Assembly (NCBI GenBank): GCA_043822305.1
Contig: JBDRBU010000036.1
Location: 1-24,732, forward strand
Length of the DNA: 24,732 nucleotides
Source of the DNA: Candidatus Firestoneibacteriota bacterium
GTDB taxonomy: Bacteria > Oederibacteriota > D2-FULL-39-29 > JBDRBU01
Reading direction: 5' to 3'
Shown here in pieces: positions 8,770 to 17,584 of the stretch. The notes beneath the pieces are model-generated. The model had not been told where the DNA came from, did not search any database, and saw only the letters and a list, made by a program, of their open reading frames with translations. Both the position numbers and the translations under genes were made by a program. Positions within the stretch are counted from its first letter, which is position 1, and each line of letters starts with the position of its first letter.

Positions 8770-10068
8770 ATGCAATACATAAATCGTATTATATTAGATA
8801 AAATAAGAGTAGGGTTTAAGAATAACCGCATTATCATTATTATTGGAAGCAGGCAGGTAGGTAAGACTACAGTTTTGGAAATGTACAAGAAGTATATTTC
8901 AAAAGACTATCTTATTTTTTATTTCAATTTGGAAGATATTTCTGCTTTGTCTATTTGTGAAAATTTTGATAATTTGAAATCTTATCTGAAAGATAAAGGT
9001 GCTGATATTGAAAAACAAAAAATATTTTTGATAATTGATGAATTTCAATACATAAAAAATGCTACAAAACTATTTAAAATGATTTATGATATATATTCAA
9101 ATATTAATATTTTAGCTTCAGGGTCATCATCCATAGAGATTCAAAAACATTTAAAAGAATCTCTTGCCGGTAGGAAAAAAGTATACAATATGTATGCACT
9201 ATCTTTTGAGGAATATATTAAATTTAAAAGTGAGAGTAAATATACTGAATATTCACAATTAGATTATCATAGTTCGTCGAGTAATTTAATTGAACTTTAC
9301 AATAAAGACTACTTGGGAGATTATCTTGTTTATGGTGGATATCCAAAAGTTACTTTACTTCTTCGCAAGACAGAGAAAATTGAAGAAATACAGGATATTT
9401 ATAATTCATATATTCAAAAAGATATTAAATCTTTAATTAAAGGAGAGAACATATCTACCTATAATAATTTGCTTAAAGTTATCTCTTCTCAAATCGGGAA
9501 TCTGGTTAATATACATGAGTTATCAAATACTTTAAAAATAAGCCGAAGAGAAATATTAAAATATTTGGATATATTAGAGCAAACTTTTATCATTAAACTA
9601 ATAAAACCTTTTCATTCGAACAAGAGATCAGAAGTTAGCAAAATGCCAAAAGTTTATTTAATGGATAGTGGAATTATTAATTGCAGTACGGGTAATTTTA
9701 ATCAAATTACTTTGAGGCAGAATCTGGGTAGTTACATAGAAAATTTTATTTTGGTAGAAATATTAAAATATAAACCGGTTCAATATGAGGTGTATTTCTG
9801 GAGGACAAAGCAAGGAACAGAAATTGATTTCATACTATATGGAGATGATGAATTAATTCCAATAGAAGTTAAATGGCAAAACTTAGTTGGACCATTTGTG
9901 CCCAAAAATTTTATATCTTTTTTTAGTATTAATAAAAATGTAAAAAGGTCTATAGTGATTACAAAAAATATTTCAGCTAAAATTCATAAGGATGGGAAAG
10001 ATATTTATTTTATCCCCGCAATTCTATTTAATAAATTTTTAAAAGAATTAGGAGGTTCGACTCTATGA
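8770..10068 (+). CDS. AAA_14 / DUF4143 family ATPase with C-terminal PD-(D/E)xK-like motif
   Basis: Walker A GSRQVGKT, Walker B LIIDEFQ, SGSSS, ESLAGR, YGGYP, KMPKVYLMDSG, FWRT..EIDFI..IPIEVK. Confidence 0.9.
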   Translation: MQYINRIILDKIRVGFKNNRIIIIIGSRQVGKTTVLEMYKKYISKDYLIFYFNLEDISALSICENFDNLKSYLKDKGADIEKQKIFLIIDEFQYIKNATKLFKMIYDIYSNINILASGSSSIEIQKHLKESLAGRKKVYNMYALSFEEYIKFKSESKYTEYSQLDYHSSSSNLIELYNKDYLGDYLVYGGYPKVTLLLRKTEKIEEIQDIYNSYIQKDIKSLIKGENISTYNNLLKVISSQIGNLVNIHELSNTLKISRREILKYLDILEQTFIIKLIKPFHSNKRSEVSKMPKVYLMDSGIINCSTGNFNQITLRQNLGSYIENFILVEILKYKPVQYEVYFWRTKQGTEIDFILYGDDELIPIEVKWQNLVGPFVPKNFISFFSINKNVKRSIVITKNISAKIHKDGKDIYFIPAILFNKFLKELGGSTL

Positions 10069-11300
10069 TTAAAGCAAAGTTAGTTAAAGATGCGAGTTTA
10101 ATCCTTTATAATTCATCGACTAAGATAAAAAATGAGTTATTAAAAAAAATAATACAAAATTTGAATAAAGAAGTTAAAAGTATTCTAAAAGCAAATGAGA
10201 TAGATATAAAAAAAGGCAAAAAAAATAATCTCTCAAAAGCTTTAATAGATAGGTTAACTTTAAACGAGAAGAGAATTAATCAAATGATAGTAGGAATTAA
10301 CGATGTGATAAAATTACCTGATCCTGTTGGTGTTATATTTGATATAAAAGAAAGACCAAATGGATTAAAAGTAGGTAAAATGAGAGTTCCATTAGGTGCA
10401 ATTGGTATAATATATGAAGCAAGACCTAATGTAACCGTAGATGCAGCCGTATTATGTTTAAAAGCAGGAAACTCAGTTTTACTTAAAGGTGGTCGAGAAG
10501 CAATAAATTCAAACAAAAAGTTAGCACAGATTATAAAAGATTCTTTAAAAGAGGTGAATTTACCAGAGAGTTGTGTCGAGTTTATAGATACAGTAGATAG
10601 ACAAGCAGTGATGGAGATGATTAAGCAGGATAAATATTTAGATGTAATAATTCCAAGAGGCAGCCAAAGTTTAATAAATCTTATTTTAGAAAATGCAACG
10701 GTTCCAGTGATTGCTCATGGCGAAGGCAACTGTCATATATTTGTTGATGAAACGGCTAATTTAAACATGGCAGAAGAAATAGTGTTTAATGCAAAAACAC
10801 AAAGGCCTTCAGTCTGTAATGCTATGGAAAAATTACTTGTCCATAAAAAGATAGCAAAAGGATTTTTACCTAGAATGATAGAAAGATTGAGAAGAGGTGG
10901 TGTGGAAATTAGAGGAGATGGAAAAACATTAAAAATTATAAAAGAGGTAAAGTTAGCAACAGAAGAAGATTGGTATAAAGAATATTTGGATTTAATCCTT
11001 GCTGTAAAAATTGTAGATAATTTAGATGTAGCCATCAAGCATATCAACTTTTATGGCTCGCACCATTCGGAGGCTATAGTTACTGGAAATAAAAAAAATG
11101 CAGATAGATTTTTAAGAGAAGTTGATTCTTCTGCAGTTTTTATAAATGCTTCAACCAGATTTACTGATGGTTATGAATTTGGCTTGGGTGCTGAAATTGG
11201 TATAAGCACTCAAAAACTTCATGCAAGAGGGCCGATGGGATTAGTGGAACTAACCTCAGCAAAATTTGTAGTTTATGGAACTGGCCAGACAAGAAAATGA
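10065..11300 (+). CDS. proA: Gamma-glutamyl phosphate reductase
   Basis: VPLGAIGIIYEARPNVT, IPRG, GNCHIFVD, catalytic VCNAME, NASTRFTDG, EIGISTQKLHARGPMG. Confidence 0.97.
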   Translation: MIKAKLVKDASLILYNSSTKIKNELLKKIIQNLNKEVKSILKANEIDIKKGKKNNLSKALIDRLTLNEKRINQMIVGINDVIKLPDPVGVIFDIKERPNGLKVGKMRVPLGAIGIIYEARPNVTVDAAVLCLKAGNSVLLKGGREAINSNKKLAQIIKDSLKEVNLPESCVEFIDTVDRQAVMEMIKQDKYLDVIIPRGSQSLINLILENATVPVIAHGEGNCHIFVDETANLNMAEEIVFNAKTQRPSVCNAMEKLLVHKKIAKGFLPRMIERLRRGGVEIRGDGKTLKIIKEVKLATEEDWYKEYLDLILAVKIVDNLDVAIKHINFYGSHHSEAIVTGNKKNADRFLREVDSSAVFINASTRFTDGYEFGLGAEIGISTQKLHARGPMGLVELTSAKFVVYGTGQTRK

Positions 11301-11322
11301 TAACTTCAAAAGAAAGATTCTT

Positions 11323-11412
11323 GGAGAGGTCGCGTAGTGGCTTAGCGCGCACGCCTGGAAAGCGTGTGTACCTTCATCGGTACCGAGGGTTCAAATCCCT
11401 CCCTCTCCGCCA
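11323..11412 (+). tRNA. tRNA-Ser(GGA)
   Basis: Acceptor stem GGAGAGG/CCTCTCC, G discriminator, encoded CCA, anticodon arm cacgc-CT-GGA-AA-gcgtg, long variable arm gtacc/ggtac, T arm gaggg-TTCAAAT-ccctc. Confidence 0.97.
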
Positions 11413-11425
11413 ATAATATGGGGAA

Positions 11426-11449
11426 TATGGGGACAGACACCATATTAAT
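11426..11449 (+). repeat. Repeat family B, 24-bp copy
   Basis: tatggggacagacaccatattaat, identical to 12067-12090; preceded by an AATATGGGG tandem duplication (11415-11432). Confidence 0.9.
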
Positions 11450-11502
11450 TTCTGTCTCAAAATGGGCTAAATGACAGAAGAATTATTACAGGAGGTTCTG
11501 GA

Positions 11503-12111
11503 ATGAAATTTTACAAACAAGCACATACATGTCCTGTTGGAATTGCTGGTTTTCTTGATAATAAGATTAGAAGATTCTTTCAAAATCCACAAAAGATTTT
11601 AAAGTCATATGTTAAAAGTGGAATGACAGTCCTTGATGTGGGTTGTGGACCAGGTTTTTTCTCTATTGAAATGGCTCGAATGGTTGGTCCATCTGGTCAA
11701 GTTATTGCCGTCGATTTACAAGAAGGAATGCTTCAAAAATTAAGGAACAAAATCAAAGGAACAGAGGATGAAAAAAGGATCAAATTACATAAATGTGAAG
11801 AGAACAAAATTGGTATTTATGAAAAAGTTGATTTAATTTTAGCTTTTTATATGATTCATGAAATTTCAAATCAAGATATATTTTTTAGGGAAATACATTC
11901 TATGTTAAATCCTGATGGAAGATTTTTTATTGTTGAGCCAAAATTTCATGTTTCAAAAAAAGCTTTTGAAGAAACAATAAATATTGCCACAAAAATTGGT
12001 TTTGAAATCATTGAGAAACCAAGGGTGTTTTTTAGTCGATCAATTGTGTTAACAAATAACAGGTTTTATGGGGACAGACACCATATTAATATTGATATGA
12101 GAGATGAGTGA
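11503..12111 (+). CDS. Class I SAM-dependent methyltransferase
   Basis: VLDVGCGPG motif I, VIAVDLQ, HE, LNPDG; RBS AGGAGG. The C-terminal tail (FYGDRHHIN...) is read through a family B repeat. Confidence 0.9.
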   Translation: MKFYKQAHTCPVGIAGFLDNKIRRFFQNPQKILKSYVKSGMTVLDVGCGPGFFSIEMARMVGPSGQVIAVDLQEGMLQKLRNKIKGTEDEKRIKLHKCEENKIGIYEKVDLILAFYMIHEISNQDIFFREIHSMLNPDGRFFIVEPKFHVSKKAFEETINIATKIGFEIIEKPRVFFSRSIVLTNNRFYGDRHHINIDMRDE

Positions 12112-12202
12112 TGCATATGATAGAGAAAGTTGAAGCGAGAGCTAAAGATAAATCCTATCGGCAGGTCGTTAAAGAAAAAATAAATAATATGGTGTCTGTC
12201 CC
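12067..12202. mobile_element. MITE/REPIN-like element: inverted family B repeats around a probable transposase C-terminal remnant
   Basis: 12067-12090 and the inverted copy taatatggtgtctgtccc (12185-12202) enclose about 94 bp that translate to RKLKRELKINPIGRSLKKK*, with the stop (12181-12183) just before the right repeat. Confidence 0.6.
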
Positions 12203-12217
12203 TCTAATACTCTAATA

Positions 12218-13603
12218 TTGTTTTTGCTTTGCGGGAGTTTTGAGGCGGCAGATCCACCGACTTGCGAGTCAATCGAGCAAACTATGAAGGACACTCTGGA
12301 TCAAAATGCCTATAACACCAGCATTACTACCGTGCCGGCTTTTACGCTTCTAATGGAAAGATCCGATGGCAGGGTGTTCAGCTACTCCCACGATGATACG
12401 AAGGCAACTCCGGTAACAACTTCAAGTCCGACTACACCATATGAATCCGCATCCACATCTAAGATCGTATCTACGGTGATCATTCTGCGTCTTGTAGATC
12501 TGGGTACTCTTGCATTGACATCAAAAGCTTGTGATGTAATCAAAGATGTCGCGGTTACCCCCGGTCCCAGTCCGTGGACTTGGCCAGAGACAACGGTGAC
12601 ACTCCAGTATTTATTAAGCTTCTTATCCGGATTTTGTGATGATTCCAATACAGGCATCAACCTTCCCAATACAGACTTTGCTTACTGCGTGAAGAGAATC
12701 TACATGAACGGTTTCACCGCGTCAGCGGGTAGCCAGTTCTATTACTCGGGTACGCATCTGCAGATTGCAGGTTTGATGGTGGTGACAGCCGCCGGAAAGC
12801 CTTGGTCGAGTATTTTTGCGGATTTCCAGTTGCAAACAGGGCTTTTCCTGAATTCGACCTACAACCTATCCTCAACAACTAATCCGCGTCTTGCCGGCGG
12901 GATGACCTGGACGGGTGAAGACTATATGGCTTTCCTGAAAGCATTGTATTGGAACAAGACACCCAGGGGTGATCAACTTCTGAGTAAAGACATGGGCAAT
13001 GACTTGTGGCACAAACTTTTTGCAAATCAACGCGGCAGCGCGACAGTTGGCAATTCTCCACTTCTTAGTGAAATGGACGAGGACTGGTCATATGGATTCG
13101 GCAACTGGTTGGAGTGTCAGAGTTCCTCTTACAACTGTGGGCAGGGACATCGTAACTCAAGCCCCGGAATGTATGGTGCTTATCCATTCATTGATTTTGA
13201 CTATGGATATTTTGGTATTTTGGCCAGACAAGGACCGACAGACGCAGACACCTTCCCCGAAGGGATTAATCTATTTCGCACTATTCAAAGCTACGCAACC
13301 CAATGGTCCCAGATAAACTGCATCTCCCCTTCAACGGACCTAAATAATATTAAAGTTTATCCTAATCCATTCAAGATTGGAAATGGGGCCATACTTAAAT
13401 TTATTAATTTAACTAGTAATGCTGTCATCCAGATTTACACAATAAGTGGAGAAAAAGTGAACGAAGTCATTGCAAATTCATCTGGTGTAGCCAATTGGAA
13501 TGGCACTAATGTTAATGGTAATGTAGTTAGCCGCGGAATATATTTGGGATATATTAGTGATGAAACAAGAAAAACAATTATTAAAATTGCGATAATTAAA
13601 TAA
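12218..13603 (+). CDS. Serine hydrolase (beta-lactamase/PBP-like fold) with C-terminal VYPNP Ig-like/secretion-type domain; 5' end possibly disrupted
   Basis: ASTSK (SxxK), FYYSG, SPG..GAYPFID; C-terminal IKVYPNPF..IQIYTISGEKV..WNG.N..G..VSRGIY; partial signal peptide LFLLCGSFEAA. Confidence 0.8.
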   Translation: MFLLCGSFEAADPPTCESIEQTMKDTLDQNAYNTSITTVPAFTLLMERSDGRVFSYSHDDTKATPVTTSSPTTPYESASTSKIVSTVIILRLVDLGTLALTSKACDVIKDVAVTPGPSPWTWPETTVTLQYLLSFLSGFCDDSNTGINLPNTDFAYCVKRIYMNGFTASAGSQFYYSGTHLQIAGLMVVTAAGKPWSSIFADFQLQTGLFLNSTYNLSSTTNPRLAGGMTWTGEDYMAFLKALYWNKTPRGDQLLSKDMGNDLWHKLFANQRGSATVGNSPLLSEMDEDWSYGFGNWLECQSSSYNCGQGHRNSSPGMYGAYPFIDFDYGYFGILARQGPTDADTFPEGINLFRTIQSYATQWSQINCISPSTDLNNIKVYPNPFKIGNGAILKFINLTSNAVIQIYTISGEKVNEVIANSSGVANWNGTNVNGNVVSRGIYLGYISDETRKTIIKIAIIK

Positions 13604-13617
13604 GGATGTAAAACAAT

Positions 13618-14010
13618 ATGAAAAATTTTTTGATATCTATTTGTTGTCTGAGGCTGATTGTAGAATTAACAGGAGGATATGCAGAAGGAGGGCTAAGAGA
13701 AAAAATAAAGGAAAAGTTGAAAGAAAAGAGTCAAGGGGAAAATCCATATCCTATAATTGAGGGAAAATTCTCTTCATACATTCAATCTCAATATGGACAG
13801 GGGGATTATCGGAGGTTCTTGCAAGTTAATGACAGAAAACGATTTTATGATTTACACATTTCTCAAAATTACAATAAAGAGAAATCTACACCAATTGTTT
13901 TGGTCTTTCATGGTGGAGGCGGAAATCCTGTTCAGCAGCGAAATGATTCACAGATAGATAAGGTTAGCGATGCTTATGGGTTTATCGTTGTTTATCCTGC
14001 TGGTACAGGG
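13618..14010 (+). pseudogene. N-terminal fragment of LpqC/PHB-depolymerase-family esterase
   Basis: PIVLVFHGGGG and GFIVVYPAGTG are present, but the ORF runs into unrelated sequence and stops at 14085 before any catalytic GxSxG. Confidence 0.75.
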
Positions 14011-14064
14011 GAAGGGGAAATCATAATCAAACGTAAAGAAGGGATCAGAGTTATTTTTCAGAAG

Positions 14065-14250
14065 TCTTGTATGCTCTTCTTTTAATTTCGGGATATCCTT
14101 ATCTGCAAGGACTTTTGCCTTTTCAATCATTCCCTGGATTATCTTTTCATTTTCAGCAATGTGTTTTATTCTGTCTATAACAATATTTTCAAGTAACCAG
14201 CCCCTTAAGCATGAAGTCATATACTTGCCATTATTCATTGAACAATTGAG
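14065..14250 (-). pseudogene. Possible internal fragment of a large serine recombinase (post-zinc-ribbon helix and coiled coil)
   Basis: C..LENIVIDRIKHIAENEKIIQGMIEKAK..IPKLKEE resembles that region; no catalytic domain. Boundaries approximate. Confidence 0.4.
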
Positions 14251-14342
14251 AGCATCGTTCTTTTTAAAAATCTGCTGGACTCTGGAAAGGGGTAGTAGAA
14301 ACAACGGTTTAGCTGGTTCTCCAATATTAAACTAATGTTTCC

Positions 14343-14397
14343 TTGATTTTCTGATTATTTTTAATTATAATACAATAAATTGATTTATATTGTATTA
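14343..14397 (+). promoter_or_regulatory. Sigma70 promoter with downstream operator-like inverted repeat
   Basis: TTGATT (14343-14348), 17 nt, TATAAT (14366-14371). Perfect 10-bp inverted repeat taatacaata-N10-tattgtatta (14368-14397). Confidence 0.7.
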
Positions 14398-14428
14398 GAT
14401 TACCGAATAAAACCCAGTGTGGATTTCT

Positions 14429-14610
14429 ATGGAAAAGAAAAAGCGTTAACAGTAAAACAAGTTGCTGAATATCTTCAGGTAAATGATGGGACTATTTACA
14501 AATTAGCTCAAGCCGGAAAGATCCCGTGTTTCAAAGTTGCAGTCACATGGAGATTCTGGAAAAGAAACATTGATGAATGGAGTCAGAATGGATCTGTTAA
14601 AAAGAAATAA
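14429..14610 (+). CDS. Excisionase-like HTH_17 DNA-binding protein, start possibly frameshifted
   Basis: LTVKQVAEYLQV..TIYKLAQAGKIPCFKV..WRF..IDEW. ATG 14429 is one base out of frame (atg gaa aa gaa aaa gcg); the in-frame TTG at 14380 lies inside the inverted repeat. Confidence 0.75.
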
Positions 14611-14621
14611 GGAAAAAGATT

Positions 14622-17057
14622 GTGGTGAATAATTTTAAGGAGCGTGCAAACTTTATATGGAGCATCGCTGACCTTTTGCGTGGCGATTATAAACGTTCAG
14701 AATACGGACGGGTAATTTTACCCCTTACGGTTTTGCGTCGTTTAGATTGTGTGCTTGAACCTACAAAAGAAACCGTATTAGCATATCTTCCACAGATAAA
14801 GAAATTGTCTCCTGAAGCAGCTGAAACAGTACTCAAGAAAAAAGCAAAGTTATCTTTCTACAATGAAAGTAAGTTTGATTTTCAAAAATTAATTGCTGAT
14901 CCCAATGATGTTGCCGCTAACCTGCGGAATCACATAAATGGTTTTTCCAAAAATGCACGAGATATTTTAGAACACTTTAACTTTAACGACCACATTGATA
15001 GATTGGACAAGTCCAATCTTCTCTATATGGTTGTCAAACGGTTTGCTGATGTTGATTTACACCCTGACAGAATTCCAAATATTGAAATGGGTTATATCTT
15101 TGAAGAACTCATTCGTAAGTTTGCTGACCTCTCTAATGAAACAGCCGGGGAACACTTTACTCCGCGCGAAGTTATACGTCTTATGGTCAATATTCTTTTT
15201 CTGAATGATAAAAAAATCCTCACAAAGAAAGGTATTGTCAAAACACTCTATGATCCTGCTTGTGGAACCGGTGGGATGCTTTCAGTGGCAGAAGAATATT
15301 TACGTGAACTCAATCCTGATGCCGACTTGCGTGTATTCGGTCAGGAACTTAACCCCGAGTCCTATGCTATATGTAACTCTGACATGCTCATTAAAGGACA
15401 GAATACTGAGCATATTAAATTCGGTAATTCTTTTACACAGGATGGATTAAAGAATGAAAAGTTTGATTATATGTTTTCTAATCCCCCTTTTGGTGTGGAA
15501 TGGAAAAAGATTGAGGATGAAATTACAAGTGAATATGAAAAATTAGGTTTTACCGGTCGTTTCGGTGCAGGACTGCCTCGTATCAGTGATGGCTCATTTT
15601 TGTTCTTACAACATATGATTTCCAAAATGCGATCAGAAGACGGTGGTACGCGTCTAGGAATTGTTTTCAATGGTTCGCCTTTGTTCTCAGGAGGTGCTGG
15701 TAGTGGTGAAAGTGAAATTCATAAATGGATAATTGAAAACGACATGCTTGAAGCAATAATTGCTATGCCAGACCAACTTTTCTATAACACAGGTATCTCA
15801 ACATATGTCTGGATAATTACCAACCGTAAAGAAAAAGAACGCAAAAGTAAAATTCAACTGATCAATGCAGTTGAATTCTTTAGTAAGATGACCCGCGGTT
15901 TAGGTAATAAGCGTAATGAAATAAGCGATGAACATATTAGTAAGATTACTAAAATATACGGTGCATTCGAAGAAAATGAATATTGTAAAATTTTTCCAAA
16001 CGAATATTTTGGTTATACCAGGATAACAGTGGAAAGACCACTTCGTCTTAACTTCCAAACCTCAAAGGAAAGGATTGCCCGGCTTGAACAACAACCTGGA
16101 TTTATTAACCTTGTTAAATCAAAGAAAAAAGGCAGAGCATCCTTGATCGAAATTGAAGAAGGCAAACAACTTCAGAAGCAGATTAAAAAAATACTTTTAA
16201 GTATGGATTCAGTTATGGTCTATAAGAACAGACAAAAATTTATTCAAGCCATTGAACAAAAAGCAGACAGCATGGGTATAAAGTTAAAAACGCTGGTGAT
16301 GAAAGTAACTCTTCGTCAAAAGGAAATTGTGTCAGCACTGCTGACACAAATTAGCTGGACTAACCATTTAATTATTCTTTCAAAAACTAAGACAAAAGAA
16401 GAACGTGAATTCTATCTATCACTCGCAATCAAGGAAAAATATAGTTCGCGGGAACTTGAGCGTCAGATAGACAGTGGCTATTATGAGAGGGTAATGCTTT
16501 CAAAGAAAAAACTGCCACAATCTGTGGCAGAAACTCATAAAGACATAACAAACACATTTAAGGATACTTATATTCTCGACTTTTTAAACCTCCCAAAAAC
16601 TTACAGTGAAAAAGACCTTCGGCATGGCATTGTTTCAAACCTTAAAGACTTTATTCTTGAATTCGGTAAGGACTTTGCCTTTATCGGTCAGGAGTACCGT
16701 ATTCAGGTGGGCAAGAATGATTATTTCATTGATTTGCTTTTCTTCCATCGTGGATTAAGATGTCTGGTAATGTTGGAACTTAAAATAGATGATTTTAAAC
16801 CTGAATATCTTGGCAAACTTAATTTTTATCTTGAAGCACTTGACCGCGATATAAAGAAAGCAGATGAAAACCCGAGTGTTGGTATAATTCTGTGTAAATC
16901 AAAAGATGATGAGGTTGTTGAGTATGCGCTCAGCCGTAATTTATCTCCGGCACTTGTTGCTGAATACAAGACAAAACTTATTCCAAAGAAAGTGCTTCAG
17001 AAAAAATTGCATGAGTTGTTTCTTTTAAATGCACCTGACAAGGAACATAAGAAATGA
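14622..17057 (+). CDS. hsdM: Type I restriction-modification methyltransferase subunit fused in frame to the distal part of a DUF1016/YhcG PD-(D/E)xK protein
   Basis: FIWSIADLLRG, GEHFTPRE, YDPACGTGGML, NPPF to about 16290. Then ISWTNH, RELERQI, KDTYILDFL, LEFGKDFAFIGQ, IDLLFFH, LELK, ENPSVGIILC (DUF1016). Confidence 0.88.
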   Translation: MVNNFKERANFIWSIADLLRGDYKRSEYGRVILPLTVLRRLDCVLEPTKETVLAYLPQIKKLSPEAAETVLKKKAKLSFYNESKFDFQKLIADPNDVAANLRNHINGFSKNARDILEHFNFNDHIDRLDKSNLLYMVVKRFADVDLHPDRIPNIEMGYIFEELIRKFADLSNETAGEHFTPREVIRLMVNILFLNDKKILTKKGIVKTLYDPACGTGGMLSVAEEYLRELNPDADLRVFGQELNPESYAICNSDMLIKGQNTEHIKFGNSFTQDGLKNEKFDYMFSNPPFGVEWKKIEDEITSEYEKLGFTGRFGAGLPRISDGSFLFLQHMISKMRSEDGGTRLGIVFNGSPLFSGGAGSGESEIHKWIIENDMLEAIIAMPDQLFYNTGISTYVWIITNRKEKERKSKIQLINAVEFFSKMTRGLGNKRNEISDEHISKITKIYGAFEENEYCKIFPNEYFGYTRITVERPLRLNFQTSKERIARLEQQPGFINLVKSKKKGRASLIEIEEGKQLQKQIKKILLSMDSVMVYKNRQKFIQAIEQKADSMGIKLKTLVMKVTLRQKEIVSALLTQISWTNHLIILSKTKTKEEREFYLSLAIKEKYSSRELERQIDSGYYERVMLSKKKLPQSVAETHKDITNTFKDTYILDFLNLPKTYSEKDLRHGIVSNLKDFILEFGKDFAFIGQEYRIQVGKNDYFIDLLFFHRGLRCLVMLELKIDDFKPEYLGKLNFYLEALDRDIKKADENPSVGIILCKSKDDEVVEYALSRNLSPALVAEYKTKLIPKKVLQKKLHELFLLNAPDKEHKK

Positions 17058-17584
17058 AACCATATCCTGCATATAAAGATTCTGGGATTGATTGGATTAA
17101 TCAAGTGCCGATAGATTGGGTAAATCGTAGAGTTAAGTCATTTATAGAATATTGTATTAATGGTGTTTGGGGCGATGAACCAATAAACGCTCAAGATGAT
17201 ATTATTTGCGTACGTGTTGCCGATTTTAATATGGCAAACTTGGGAATTAATAAAGATAATTTTACTTATAGGAATATTTCGGAGTCTCAGCAAAGAAACA
17301 GATTGTTATCACAATGTGATATCCTAATTGAAAAATCAGGTGGTAGATCAATTAGCGTAAATATTGATAAAAAAGCAGTATGCTCAAATTTCATTGGAAG
17401 AATAGTGTTAAAAAATAACGAGGTATTCTCTCGTTACGTTGAATATTTATTTACTGCACTCTATATCAATGGGCTTAATCAAAGAGCAATTAAACAAACC
17501 ACTGGTATACAAAATTTAGATACTGATTTATATTTTAATGAAAGTATTTTCTTAATTATATGTAAACAGAGGGATTGGACTTGA
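17054..17584 (+). pseudogene. hsdS: Truncated type I RM specificity subunit (one TRD only)
   Basis: MKPYPAYKDSGIDWI..P..W start, EKSGG, TTGIQNL; ends after 176 aa, before the PP..EQ helical spacer and second TRD. Confidence 0.85.

Noticed and set aside
11426..12202. CRISPR array or integron attC interpretation of family B
   Set aside because: Spacing is 641 bp with one inverted copy, there are no cas or intI genes, and I did not find attC RYYYAAC/GTTRRRY box pairs.
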